DNA of 64,000 nt from Vicugna vicugna (lineage: Eukaryota): the NCBI GenBank assembly GCA_013265495.1, contig MU058213.1, positions 1,426,001-1,490,000 of the forward strand, in the 5' to 3' direction. How positions within the stretch are numbered: the stretch's first letter is position 1; each line of letters opens with the position of its first letter. Positions 51,225 to 64,000 of the stretch are shown piece after piece. The notes below the pieces were generated by a model, which ran no database searches, had not been told where the DNA came from, and saw only the letters and a program-made list of their open reading frames with translations. The translations under genes were made by a program, and so were the position numbers.

Positions 51225-51664
51225 TTCTATCTTATCTGCTCTTCTATTTACCCCACAACTTTATTTTTACCCTTATTTCTAAATGTGGTAATCCTTCAGA
51301 GCTAAAGCCATCCACCTCTATTCTTCCTCCTGAAACAGTTCCTTGACATCTCATAGCTCCATCCCCATCCATAACTTGATACTGACCAAGTAGAACTTAG
51401 CCCTGTTAAACTCAAACCATCTCAAAAGTGTACCACATTTCCTACCCTTTAGATGTCCATAATTCTTGCAGTCATGTTACCATTGTTCAAGGCACCCAGG
51501 CTCAAAACCATGAAGGCATCATTGAATCCACCCAGTTTCTTTCCTTTTCATAGAAAAAACCCAACTCTTGACTCTTCTTCAAAAGTTTTTCTCATAATGC
51601 TCCCTTCCTGTGGGTACATGATAATTCCAGCCCATAGCACATGGCTATTGATGCTGCTCTCAAT

Positions 51665-51912
51665 CAGATTTTATTTAATGAGCACTTCCTCTGTGCTAGG
51701 GCTCTACTAAGCATTTTACATATATTATCTCATTTATTTGTCCCCCTCTCCAAATTCTTTAATGGAGGTATTAGTAATCTACATTTTACAGTTGAGAAAC
51801 TGAAGTTTCAAGAGGTTAAGTGATCTATGCAAGCTTTCCTAGCTAGTAAGTAGCAGAATGAGAATTGAAACCCAGGCCCACCTGAGTCCACAGCATGACT
51901 TCTTAAAAACTC
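51665..51912 (-). mobile_element. MIR SINE nested in L2
   Basis: cattttacagttgagaaactgaagtttcaagaggttaagtgatct. Confidence 0.8.
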
Positions 51913-52499
51913 TTTTATGGTGTCTCTCTGGACTTTCTAATATTTCTTTCAACTCATGTTTCTGCCTGGAACTATTCCCAGCTCCAGTCTTTTCTATAAT
52001 CACTGACAGTAAAATCTAGAAAAATGACATTTGTCTATTTCTTTCCCTGCTCGAAAACTTTCAGTGGCTCCCCACTGCATAGAGAAATTAATTTCAGTCA
52101 AGGCTCCCTTACAGACATATCTCCTCACCCCTTTCTTCTTCATTACTTACCCTCATGGGACTTAGTTTTTGTGCATCCTTCCATTCCTTGGTTCATGCTC
52201 TTCCTTCTATTTGGTGCAGTTGTTCCTGCCTGTCCCTGCTGATTCATTTCAATGAGTCCTTCCACATCCAGTTCATATATTTTTAACCTGGAAAAACAGC
52301 CCAGAACCTCCACACTTTTATTTTCCCTCTCGTAGAACTAAACATTTGTCCTATCATTTTAGTGAGCATGTGACTTATTGTATTATTATTTAGTTAACAG
52401 CCTCTCTTACTGATGGAGTAAATTTTTAATTCCCACTTGTTGACAAATGTGAATTTGACCAGGACAGGGGTGGCATCCTACTCATCCATGACTTATACC

Positions 52500-52895
52500 T
52501 CCAGATCTCTTCCTTTTCCCTTGAAGACTAAATCAGTCATTCCTCCCTTTGCTGAAGGTATTTGTGATTGACAACTGTCAGCTGGGTCCTGTTTCTTGAA
52601 TTGCCTCTAGCTGAAGAGAGCAGCTTACATCCAGTGATTGGCTGATGTGGGGTTACAAAGGTCTGGCTCCTTGCTTCAATATGGGATAACTCTGAAGAGG
52701 CATCCCAGCTTCAGAGCGCTGCATGGGATTGACAGAATCCTTTGTTGTCACTGCATTGTTCTTACACTTCCTTCTCTGTCTAGTCATGCTTCCTGCCCTC
52801 CTCCACAGGTGCTGATCTTCAGAGCACTTCAATATACTTTCTGCACACAAATCTTCCTTCCAATGTTTGTTTCCCAGGGACCCTGACCTGTGACA
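52500..52895 (+). mobile_element. LTR16-family ERVL solo LTR
   Basis: gggataactctgaagaggcatcccagcttcagagc...tttcccagggaccctgacctgtgaca. Confidence 0.7.
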
Positions 52896-52899
52896 GAAG

Positions 52900-53468
52900 G
52901 TCTACACCTGGCTGCCAGCAGTATCTCAGCTGAGAAGCAGAAGGAGGCTGGGGGGTTACTGTGGGCTTTTTCTTATTCTTCTGTTTTCACTACAGTGTTC
53001 CTACCCCACCGCTTAGATTTTCTTTGGTTCGGTTCCTCCGTAAAATAAACTTCTCTGTGGGGTAGGAGACAGCTGATTATTTAGTGGCTTGGGAGGGAGC
53101 CTGGGAATCTGAAAGCCTCTTATACTAACATTCATACACTTGTCCTGTTTTCAGTCCCACCTGCTCTTTATTCCATGGTAGTAGGGGTTTCAAATTCTTA
53201 AACCTCCCCAGGTGCTGTTGGGGAAACTAGCTTATTTCTTATTCTTTTCTGAAGGTATTTAGTTGTCAGAATTTTCACCTCCGTTAATTCCCCCAACTAC
53301 TTTCCAACTTCCTAAAATTTCTTGCTGTCTCCTACTTAGGTTGTCTCCTCATTTTCTTTTATACTTGAAGGTTTTTAATTTTTACATTCTTTCACTCTCA
53401 TTTTAGTGGAGCTTCTGGAGGAAATAGGATTGAGCACAGGTGTAAAACATGCCCTTTTTAACCTGGAG
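52900..53468 (-). mobile_element. HAL1-like 5' region
   Basis: tcattttagtggagcttctggagg...catgccctttttaacctggag resembles the recalled HAL1 5' terminus. Confidence 0.5.
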
Positions 53469-53879
53469 TATGGGAGGTTCACAGTTCGTTGTCAATTTCA
53501 GAACATCTTGATTTTATTTTAAAAGTAAGACAACAGTTTCTTAAGATATGTGTGGCATTTTATTGGAAAAAATATTTTATTTATTAAGGAAAAATTTGAT
53601 TTGGATGCTATATGGAGTACTGGGTTAAAGTCAGCATATTTTCATTCATAGGAAAAGTGGGAAGGGCATCATTAGCCCCTGTCTCATCCAAGCACACGCA
53701 GTATGAGGGCCCCTGGCCAAGACTGAGACTTTCCTTCACTGTGCCTAAGTGTCCTGAGAAAAATAAAACCTTTGTTCAGTTACCTAGATGTTTTGCCTTC
53801 ATGTCAAGAGCCATCCGGAGGCACCTAAGTATCTGAATATTTGGTGAGCTGTAGACAACTCACCTGTGTGAATATCTGA

Positions 53880-54400
53880 ATTTCTTTTATCATTTTGGTG
53901 TTTGGCCTCATGGAGATGCAGCCAAAGACCGACAAACTGCATCACTGAGTGCATCAATTACAGTGGGATCTGAGGGCTGTAAATTAAAGATCATGCTTTT
54001 TTTTTTTCCCCAGGCTGTGTTTCATGCCCTCAGTCACATTTTGATTCATGTTTGGTCCATTTTTTTTGGAACACAAGAGTATTTTTGAAAAGATAAGGAT
54101 TAATTTCTGGAGAGTGGGCATATGTACTGGAGGTGGTCTGCTGTGCTGCAACCTGCCAGTTAAAATCTGCCAGCAATGTCATTCAAGGTCAGAGACCCAG
54201 TGAACCGCCAATCAAAGTCAGCAGGGCTGTTCATGTTCACTTGTCAGTGTTGGAAAGAGGTCACTCTCTCTGTGCTGTGGCTAGTGTGTGAACAATGAGG
54301 GTGTCTCAGTGGTCAGAAGCACATTCTGCTGCCTACCCCCTGGCGATTGCAGGATGCTTGCCAAGGTTTTTCCTATCCTACAGGAATACAAGGCAGGATA
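53880..54400. promoter_or_regulatory. Candidate conserved non-coding block
   Basis: No repeat recognised; homeobox-like CAATTA/TAAATTAA, CCAAT motif, CTCF-like site at 54333-54346. Confidence 0.3.
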
Positions 54401-56318
54401 GTGGAAAAAGCCAACAGCACTTTAAAAAACTGAGTTATGGATTCTGAATTCTACAAACAAACATGGTAGCTAATTTAGTACATAGCTTTGTTTAATATTA
54501 TTTGCTCAAAACCTCTGTCTGTAAGAAAGGATAATGTAAATAAAAATTATAAAGATAATTTTAGATATTTAAAAAGAGATATCTTTTTAAAACATTTTGT
54601 ACTTGGTAGTTTGCTTTTTTGCCTTAACTCAGACAATCATTATCTTGTCAATTTTTTCACCATGCAAAGATAAGCTTTGCATTTATGAAAAAAAAGGCAA
54701 CTTTTAGGATTTGCTAACATCACAGAATAAAGCTTGGAAAATTTCAGTTTCAGGATCTGGAAGACAAAAATGATAGAAACATTAAGTTTAGTATTTCAGT
54801 AGGGGCTTGATGGATTTCCAAAACTGAGTCCTCTCTCAGGGCAAAGGGACAATTCATCATAGTCAAAAATATTTGCCATTCAAAATTATTTTAGCAGCAG
54901 CAAATATTGTAGTGGGTAGATGTTCAAAGTTTACTCAGGGTGCCTCCCTGGTGGCAAAATCTCCAAATGAATTATGCTCTGAATGTTTTGCTTCTACATG
55001 GTAAAATAACTAGATATTTTTGTATAGCCACAAGCTCAGTCTTAGAGACAGAGCCTATTTGTGTAAAATGTCCAGAATTCCTCTCAACGTCGTATAGATG
55101 CAAGTGCAAGCAACTACTATGGTTATATTTTTACTTAATTAAAAATATATCAATGATAGCTTTTTAAAAGGCCACAGAGATAAAACCCTAAAATGAGGCA
55201 AAGGTTATGTATACTAGGTACCTAGAGATTTTTCAAAATTTATACAACAGTCAGTGGGAAATACATATTTAGAGTGGCAACATAGAGCATGAGGCTTTAG
55301 TGCTAGAAAGTCTTTGGGGTTCAGGCCTCTCATTTTATGGTGGTGACATTGCAGGATTTATGGAGGAGGCACAGATAGTTAAATGCAAAAACAACTGGAC
55401 CTCCATTTGAGTCTGGGCCTCCGTATCCTCTACCAGGCTTGTAGGAGCCAGTCTCTTTTCTTAACCATCTAGGAAGGCTTGCGGTGGAGGTAAATTTTCT
55501 GAAGCTGCTTAAGAGGTGAAAGAGAGAGTCTTTGGGAACTCGAAGGAGAGTGGATGTAGTGAGGAGATGCTCAACAGAGGCCTGGGGCATTCAGGTGAAG
55601 GGATCACAGGGTAATTTACATGGGAGGACCAGAGCCCTGGGCTTGCAGAAAGAGGTGGTCAGGAAAGAGAGGATGTTCAGCATTAGCCAGTGAAGCAAAT
55701 CATTCTCTTTAAAATGGCTATACCTCCTCTCAATTTTGGATTATAAATACTCTGGGCTGTCAGCAGCAACACCTTGTTACTGGGAAGTCAATATTTTGAG
55801 GGTGACAGGTTCTAGACATAGAAAATAGTTGATTCCAGCTTTCAGCTTTGGCTGACTTGTTTGATAGTAGAATATGAGAGTGAGGTGTGTAGGCAAGGGG
55901 GTACGGATCATATTTTCCTTCCCTTTCTCTGATATCCTGATAAACACCCCTAGGTCTGGAGGAAAGATTAAAATCCACGAAGACAAAAGAGGAGTGATTC
56001 AAGCGTGACTGGTTTCTTTCACAGATGTGAAGGGGGCTGGCCAAGAGGCACAAGGCAGCCAATTTTCAGCTCTGACAGCTGCCGAGGTCATCAGCTTCCT
56101 AACGGCACCCTTAATTCCTCTGAGGCCAGGATGTCCTTTGAACTCAGTGGTTGTTACACTTCCAAAGCTAAGCTGAGAAGGGGAGAAACCTGCAAATTTT
56201 GCTGGCCCCTGAGTATGCAATTACCGGGCCATTAAGACCTTAGGCTAAGGACTTAGGATTCTCTTATCTTCTGTAACCTACAAACCAGCAGTTACTCCCA
56301 GATGACTTATACATACAT

Positions 56319-56322
<4 letters not shown>

Positions 56323-56358
<36 letters not shown>
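56323..56358 (+). repeat. (GT)18 microsatellite
   Basis: Read directly. Confidence 0.98.
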
Positions 56359-56359
<1 letters not shown>

Positions 56360-56737
56360 CATGAGACTGAGAGATAAGGGCATTTACATGCTGAGAGCTT
56401 CTAGGGTGGCAGCAGGGCTTTTCTGGGAAAGCCTAACACCCTGGTTCAAAGGATGCTTACAGTGGGATTGAGGAGTGTTGAGCTGGGGAGGATTTTCTGT
56501 GAGGGATTTTTGTTGTGGTCGGGTCTAAGGACTGGGTGAGTGCAAGGAGCCTGTACAATACAGGCAGCCTGGAAATCTGCTTTTGAAGGGAGTGTCAGTT
56601 CCTGGGGAGTCACTGGCCATGCACTTGTGGAACTTCAGTTCCAGTGGGTGAAGGAGCAGGGGTGTAGTCCTCACTGCTCCATACCCAAGCCACTTGGCAT
56701 GAGGCAATGATGGAGAGGATTCAAACCTGGGAAATCT

Positions 56738-57265
56738 GTGTCATTGGGAACCTTCCAATATAAGTCACATGATGGATAAGGAAGGCACTTGGACAACTTC
56801 AGTATAGTAGGGAACTGGCTCTTAGATCAGAAAGTAGCAGGCGATAGATACAGCAGATATTAGTGGTCTGGTTAGGCAAAACCTGAAGCAGGGAGCTAGC
56901 CTAAAGCTCAAGCCAGTTAAGTCAGGGCAGTAACTGCAGAATGGCCAATGCCAGGAAGGTCAAGTGAGCAGAGACAGCTGGTGCAACGGTAGGGGTTATC
57001 AGAGGCCAAAAAGTTCGAGTAGGGCTGAGGCGACAGCAGAGAGCTGGAATGGGTTAAGAACAGAGGCATACCATCCAGTCAAGTACCCAAGACAGCTCCC
57101 TGATCTGCGCAGGTCTGCTGACAATTCCTCTGCCCCTTTATCCTCTCGAGAGGCTTTATGCTAGATTTCTTGTCTGTACAAGACAAGGGCTTGTCTACAG
57201 AGAATTACTCTTATTACTTTTAAGCTCAACCCTGGAAGAAAGGGGCTACATCCTCTGGCCTGACA
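56738..57265. mobile_element. Possible ancient Gypsy-type LTR (MamGypLTR/LTR8x-like)
   Basis: TGTCA...TGACA termini around ~530 bp of purine-rich LTR-like text. Confidence 0.3.
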
Positions 57266-57286
57266 GGGAGCTCTCCAGTTTGTTTG

Positions 57287-57800
57287 CTCATTCATTCATT
57301 CATTTATTCATTCATATTCAGCAAAAATATTAAATGCCACTATGTGTCAGGCCCTCTCCTGGCTGCAAAAGATATAACAATGAATGAGACACAGCTTAAA
57401 AAGGAGCAGGCAGCTATTGGAGGAGTAGACACATAAAAAACACATAAAAGTCAGTATATTTAGGACAATGATAGAGATGTACATAATAAATTATGGGAGC
57501 ACATGGGGGTCACACATAATCCTGAGAGATAGTCATGGATGGTTTCCTGGAGGGAGTGATGCCAGAGTGATGTGTCTTAAAGAATGAGAGAAGTTATCCA
57601 GAGAAAGGAAGAAGTATCAGGGAGAGAAAGCAAGGGCATTGCAGACAGGGGAGCCAGCATAAGCAGTGGCCAAAAAACAAACAAACCAACCCCCCAAAAA
57701 ACAAAAAACAAAAACAAAGAAACCAAAAAAAACACGGAGCAAATGTGGGGTGTTTTTGGACCAAGCCTTATAAGATGTATGGTGTTAAGTAAGCTCATTT
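57287..57800 (-). mobile_element. LINE-2 3' fragment
   Basis: tcattcattcattcatttattcattcatattcagcaaaaatattaaatgccactatgtgtcaggc. Confidence 0.75.
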
Positions 57801-58751
57801 TGGAGGTAAGGAAGATCTGTTTTTATCATTAGTGGTGTATTCATTCTCCCTTGGATTATGCTAAGCCTGAGACCAGGACACCAATGTCTCATTAGGGACA
57901 TGCGAAAGCTTTTCAAAATCCAGATGAGCTAGTAAGACATACTAAGCCTGCATGGATGGCCCTCATTTTCTCCAGCATCAAGCATTAAAAGAAACCACTC
58001 ATATACACTTGGGAGCAATTCCTGCCAAAGGTCTCTATTGACTGCTGTAACCACTGGCAGGCTCCTAGAAGCCCTACTGCCTTGTTCTTGGTGTGTCAAG
58101 GAAGGAATAGAATTTCAGTTGAATTTTGAGGGTAAGTAGAGTTTTTGACTAGGGATGAGAGAGGAAAGCTCTTTACGGGAAATGTGTGAACACAGCAGAA
58201 ATGTGGAGAATATACAGTATAAAAATAATGAGGAATTTATTTGGCTGGAGTGGGAGAAAATCTTATCTACTGCCTCAGAGATAGAGAAAACCAGAAAGTT
58301 TAGTTGGGACCAGATTGCTGTCTAATGCAGCCATCTAGTTTGTGGTAATATTATTGCTACTTGTGATATTTCTTTCCTTCTTCCCCATCACACTGCCGCT
58401 TCCCCACCTACAGGTTCATTTGTTCATGTATTAATTCACTCACCCATTTATCTACTTCAGCTTCTGTGAAGCACTATTTGATGTACATCAGAGAATGCTT
58501 TTGAAAAGGAAATAACTTGAATTGCTATACCATCAACCCATTGTCTTTCTTTTTTAAAAATATCATTTCTCTTCTTTTTATAATTTATTCTTATACAAAA
58601 GACTGGAGGCTTTAGTTTACTTATATTCCTTAGCATGAGCTCAGGTCAAATTTGGGACCATGGGCTAGGCAGAGTTGCAAGTCTTTCTTCTGCCTGTAGC
58701 CCCTTGCTTTGCCTCCCTGCAACCCTGGTAGTTGGTCAGCTGCCGAAACAG

Positions 58752-58985
58752 GCAGTATTATGTAGTCATTAAGTACAAGGACTCTTAAAGCAGACTATTC
58801 TAGGTCAGATTCTGTCTTTGCCTCTGGATGGCTCTGTGATCTTGGACATCACTACATTAGTATTAGGCTCCTAATCTGACCATATGAGGTCATTATGAGA
58901 CTTAAATGAGATAATGGGTGTTGAATGCTTAACTCATTTACTCATTTACTCAAGTACTCAGTAAACAGTGGCTATCTAAATTATT
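58752..58985 (+). mobile_element. MIR SINE
   Basis: ggcagtattatgtagtcattaag...attatgagacttaaatgagataatg. Confidence 0.7.
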
Positions 58986-59449
58986 ATCAGAAACTGGCCA
59001 TTCAACACAATCATAGAATAGAACCTAGAGAAACCTTTGAGATGATTGAGGTGGAGGCAGAACAATAATTAAAAACTGTAAACAAGGTCTACTGGCTCCG
59101 AGTCTAGTGCTTTCTCTAATCTACACCATCCCACAGCCTCATCTGTGACAAGACTTCAAGACTACTGTTAGGCATGTGAGGAAACCTCCTTTGTCATATG
59201 TTAACCTCCTCTGTTCTGGAGCAAATGAGTATCTGCCACAGCAAAAGACAGATAATTAGCCCAGTCTTCCAAATGAAAAAGCAATTACAAATAAAAGGGA
59301 ACTATTATAAAGATCCAAAAATGATATAAACCTCCACAATAAGCTTTCATTGAAAAGCTTCCAAATCACACTAGTGATTCCACAGTCATCACAATAGGAG
59401 ATGAAAGAACACTCAAATCAGAGAAGATAAGGAATTTTTGCAAGTGTTT

Positions 59450-59600
59450 CCTTCTATGTCTTCCTCCCTCCCTCCCTCCCTTCATTCTGTCCTTCTCTAC
59501 TTCTCTCCCTCCCCTTTCTCTTCTCCTCTTCCTCCTCCTCTTTCTTTTTCTTCTTCCTCTTCTCTATCTATCTATCTGTCTATCCGTCTATCTATCTCTG
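59450..59600 (+). repeat. Polypyrimidine low-complexity tract plus (TCTA)n
   Basis: Read directly. Confidence 0.85.
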
Positions 59601-60377
59601 TCATCTGCCTCCAGTCCCCAGCTGCCAAGCTGTATGATTGTGGAATGAATGCATGCCCATCACATACTTTTAACTTTTAATTAATTAGCTAACTTACCTA
59701 CTTACTTAATTTTAAGATTAACTGACTGGGCAACAGCCATTTTTATTTCTCAGCTACATTTCCAGTTGTTCTCTAGGTCAGCACAGTCCCTGGTCTTGAA
59801 CCAGGGCCACAGATCCTAAAGCAGAGTCTGGCCTAGCTTTGAGAAGTGGAGCATCATTTTTGATGGAAATGACTGCTCCTTTCCCTTATCTTGGAGTTCA
59901 AGTCTCCATCCCTCACTTAACATTGACAGCTTGGCCTGGTGGATTTCCATCAAGATGTTCATGTCTTCACAGCTAGTTTCCAAGCTCACGAAGAGCACAG
60001 ATCCTGTCTTTTTTTAATGTCACCAGCATTGCCTGGCCCAATGTCTTGCAGATACTAGGGTTCACTACCTGGAAGTTTGGCTTAGATCAGGGCTCTTGGT
60101 CATCCTTGCCACAAAGACAGGATCCAGAGCACCTCAAGGCAGAACCATGACAGCGTTGTGTTGCATTTTTAGTAACCAGCCACCCCTTGAGAAGCTCTTC
60201 CTCACCAGAAGTGTTTATCCCACCTGTGCAGGAGCAACCGTTCTGTTCAGTGAAGAATGAGGAATTACAACCTCCTTGCTATCTATTTCTGCTGATCCTA
60301 AAAAACAAGCAGATATATTATTTCTAACAGGTAAATCTCTTTATGTGCCTCTCCCACCTTCAGGATGATCACATTAA

Positions 60378-60705
60378 AATTTTTCTAGTTTTATTGAAAA
60401 ATAATTGACATACATCACTGTATAAGCCTAAGGTGTACAGCATGATGATTTAATTTACATATGTTGTGAAATGATTACCATGATAGGTTTAGTAAACATC
60501 CATCATCTTATATAGATACAATAAAAAGAAAAGAAAAAATTCTTGTGATGAGCACTCTTGGGATCTGTTCTCAACACAATATTTCTGTGTATCATACAGC
60601 ATGTTAACTATAGTCATCATGTTGTATGTTACATATCTGGTACTTATTGATCTTGTAACTGGAAGTTTGTGCATTTTGACCACCTTCCTCCAACTCCCCC
60701 ACTAC
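60378..60705 (-). mobile_element. L1MA9-like 3' UTR fragment
   Basis: tagttttattgaaaaataattgacatacatcactgtataag...tcttgtaactggaagtttgt. Confidence 0.8.
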
Positions 60706-61429
60706 CCAGGATGTTCAGGTTTTAATTGGTGAAAAAGTGCCTGTTAAATTCAGGCAAATGGAACTGAGTGATCATCATGGGAATTTCAGGTATCACCAAT
60801 GCTTTTCTTTTGGAGATGGTGGGATGTGGAAATAGTGTGGGAGAGACAGCTGCACAGGGTAGCCAGGGAAGGGGATCTTTCTGCAATTTCTACCTGTAGG
60901 TGATTACTTTTTTCACAAGATACCCAGAGAGGTTTCCCTTTTGGATCATATTTTGGCTTTCCTGTGGCAATCTATTTGTTGAGGTTTTGCTAGCTAAGTA
61001 AGTAATTGGGAAATATAGGGTGGAATTTTTTGTTTTTATTTTTGTTTGGTATATGTGATTAGTTTTTCTTTCTTGGATACTGTAGAAAAGCTCTACCCTT
61101 TGTTTCCCATTCAGTCTCCCTCCTTAGCCAGCCATCTTCAGCTTTTAGCTGCCTTGTCCCTTCTGGGATCATGATGTTTCCTGGGGCAGGTCGAAGAGTA
61201 CTTGATTAGGTCTGAGATAGCAGTTGGCAAAGCACCCTGAGCATAGGCAGTTTATTTTAGAGTTGGAGTTATTTTGTTACCTACTCTGAGCTCTGTCTTC
61301 TTCTGGAGGGAGTTCACGATCTCTGTTCGCTGATTTGACATTTCCTTGCCCTTTCCTTCATTCCTAGCTCTTCTTTCTGTCATTCATAACTTAAATTCCA
61401 GAGTGACTTACTTGTGTTTGGGGTTTTAT

Positions 61430-62095
61430 TCTTGCACACTTTACAGTGACACTTTTTATTTTGATATATAGAATCATCTGTCTTTAAAGAATTTCTCTAG
61501 TGTTCCTGTCTTTTCTGTGGAATAGAATTCTCCAGGCCACCTCCTTCCCTCTCTCCACTTAGTCTTCTCATAAAGCCTCTCTTATGACCGGTCAGGAACC
61601 CTTTGCATTTCCCTGACTGCTCATCATCTTTCTACCCTGTTACCTGATCCTCCTCATCCTTCCTCTCTCAATGGGAACCACTGCCATTCTGAATTATTTG
61701 AAAATCCTCGGAAACACCATACCCGTTCATAACTTTGAACAGATTGTCTAGCTGCCTGGAATTCCTTCTAGGTCCGCTTCTTCCTTTCTTCTGCAGATGT
61801 AGCTTCCCTTGTTAGTTGATCCCACTGGGGCATTGCCCATTTCCGTGAATTCCTATGCCATTTGCAAGTCTTAGTTGTCTCCTCTGATCTTTTTTTTTTT
61901 TTGATCCTCTCTTCATGTCATATTGTTTCCTTCACGCTTAGTCCATGGTAGAATATGTACACTATCACTTATACGAGGGTATTTTAATGATTTATGTGCC
62001 TGTCTGCTTATAGAATAAAGACCTTGCCTTTTTTCCACTCTGTACCTAGAAGGCTGATCCATTCAAGTCACTGAAATGAATAAGTGAATGAACTA
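61430..62095 (+). mobile_element. LINE-2 3' fragment
   Basis: Pyrimidine-rich text ending gaaatgaataagtgaatgaa. Confidence 0.5.
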
Positions 62096-64000
62096 AGGTG
62101 GCACACAAGCTAAATCTGACTCTCTTGATGGCTTCTTAGTGATGAAGTGAGAAGTGTAAGGGAGAAGGAAGCCTTGAGCCCTGGATAAACTCCAATTAAT
62201 TCCATGTCAGTTTTTCTCTAGGGCTAGAAGCAAAAGACTGTGACTATCCCTAAGCAGACACTTTGGTTAAAAAAAAAAAAAGGATTAGTTGAAAACACAT
62301 TGGACAAAGTAACACATTGGTTAAAACTGACCATGTGGACAAAAAAAAAAAAGAAAAATTCATTTCACTGGAGTTTTATATATTGACAAATTTTTATGCA
62401 TCATATAGATAATATTACAGTATTATACTTTTAAGCATTATTATCCATATTCAGAAATTTTCAGGGGTTGTGGGTCAGTTTTGTGAATTTTGTAGAATCC
62501 TTACAACTTCATGTTATGGCTTTAAAATCCTTTCTGTTTACAGTAAAATTATCAATATACCATCTAGTAGTTGGAAACATTGAAACCATTCTTTTGCCCT
62601 ATTTCTGTCAAGAAGTTAAATTTGAGTCATAGACAAGAGTTATATAATCAAAACTTTGCCAAATCAGTAGAGATATATTTAACTGAAAATTAGTTACAAA
62701 TTTTTAAATGTACAAATTTGAAAAATGAACAAAATGCTAAAAGTGGATGGGCAAAACTAGGGCCCTAACTGGGCCTCCTTCCTCTCACTTCTGAGGCGGA
62801 CACTGTGGTACTCCTGTGAAACTTAAAGGCTCTGGACAACCTAGTTTGAAAACCAGTGACCAAGCCCAACACTCTCATTTTATAGATGCAGAAACTAGAA
62901 TCCAAAAAGACAAGTGAGCTGTTTTGCAAACTTAGGTGTTCTTACTGCTAGGCCAGTGATAGAAGGAGGAAACCTGCCTTGACTCCAGACTCACTTTTTC
63001 TGAGAGAAAAAATATGGTGTCTTTGCTTCACTGAATGTGAGTAGAATAAAACTGTCTTCCCAGAGACTGTTCTTCAGGCCCATTTAAAACTTGTTAAGTA
63101 AGTGGTCACTCTGTATGGGATGTGTACCCTCTTGGAGGCAGGGAAATGCCTCAGTCACGAGTAAAGTACATCTGTGGGAGTCCACACACATGACTTCCTT
63201 TTTCAAGCATGTTCTTAGTATAACCTGTAAAGTCACATGTGACATGATGCCTGTCTGAGCCTTAGGTTCTTATTTTTAAAATTAAGGGCTGGGAAGTATA
63301 ATTTTTCTGGGGTCTTCTCTGGTTTTGGTGTTCTGTGATGTTAGAGGACATGGCACAGTTTCTGTAGCTGAGTACTCTATAAAGGGTCCTATTCCATTTT
63401 CCTAGCATAGAGGGATACATAACCAGTCTTCTCAGTTTAGACTGCCTTACATGAAGAGGTGAAAATTCCTTTCGTTATTAAAAAATTAAAAAAGTTTATT
63501 TGTAAAGGAAACGGAGGTCTTTTCTTTTCATTTTAGGCTTGCTATGGGATTCTGAGACTTGAATGATGCTTTCGTTTATTCAGTGTATCTTGAGTAAAAA
63601 ACTGTGCTAGGCTGTGGGTCAGGGACTAGGGGCTAAAGAGGTGATGAAAAACTGGTCCTGACCTTAAGGAGTCCACATAAACAAATGTAATTCTTAGAAC
63701 CAGGTCAGGATATTCATATGATAGTGATAAAAATGACCAAGTACTTTTACCTGCATTCTCTCTTCAAGTCCTCTCATCTATTATCTCATTTAATAGATGG
63801 GGTAGATAAGGAAACCAAGGCTCAGAGAGGTTAGAGACTTTGGAAGGTTGTTATCACTATTGAGAATAGATTAAATAGAATAGACTTTAGGCATTGAGAT
63901 CCTAGTAAGGAAATTACTGCAGAGGTGTAGGTAGGTAATGGTGTGGTTTTGAATTCAGCAGAGGCCATGGGCATGATGGGTAGGACAAGCCTCAGTATGC

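Noticed and set aside
57169..57200. Small overlapping hairpins (cttgtct/agacaag)
   Set aside because: 7-bp arms are within chance expectation for 64 kb.
1..64000. CRISPR array, operon or other prokaryote-style system; named host gene
   Set aside because: Sequence is mammalian and repeat-rich, with no regularly spaced repeat-spacer array, and I found no exon that identifies a host gene.

Overview
Mammalian genomic DNA, most likely a camelid (Camelus/Vicugna/Lama), judged from a Vic-1-like tRNA-derived SINE and young L1 3' ends. It is AT-rich, CpG-depleted intronic or intergenic sequence with one assembly gap (11183-11497). I can support no host protein-coding exon; the only recognisable protein text is LINE-1 ORF2 fragments. 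The window is dominated by ancient interspersed repeats (MIR, L2, L1M, HAL1, MLT1/MLT2, LTR16/33/78, MER5/MER2/MER103/MER119-like), with a few repeat-poor blocks that may be conserved non-coding elements. Family names come from recalled consensus sequences, and boundaries are approximate unless TSDs are given. I found no new gene system. The best directly visible signals are: a 172-bp near-identical copy of unique sequence pasted 1.06 kb downstream into a MER5 element; a 5'-inverted (twin-primed) young L1 with 15-bp TSDs spanning the gap; a ~145-bp orphan retroposed insert with ATTAAA, poly(A) and 15-bp TSDs inside an old L1; and a perfect 29-bp direct repeat bracketing an ancient L1 fragment.
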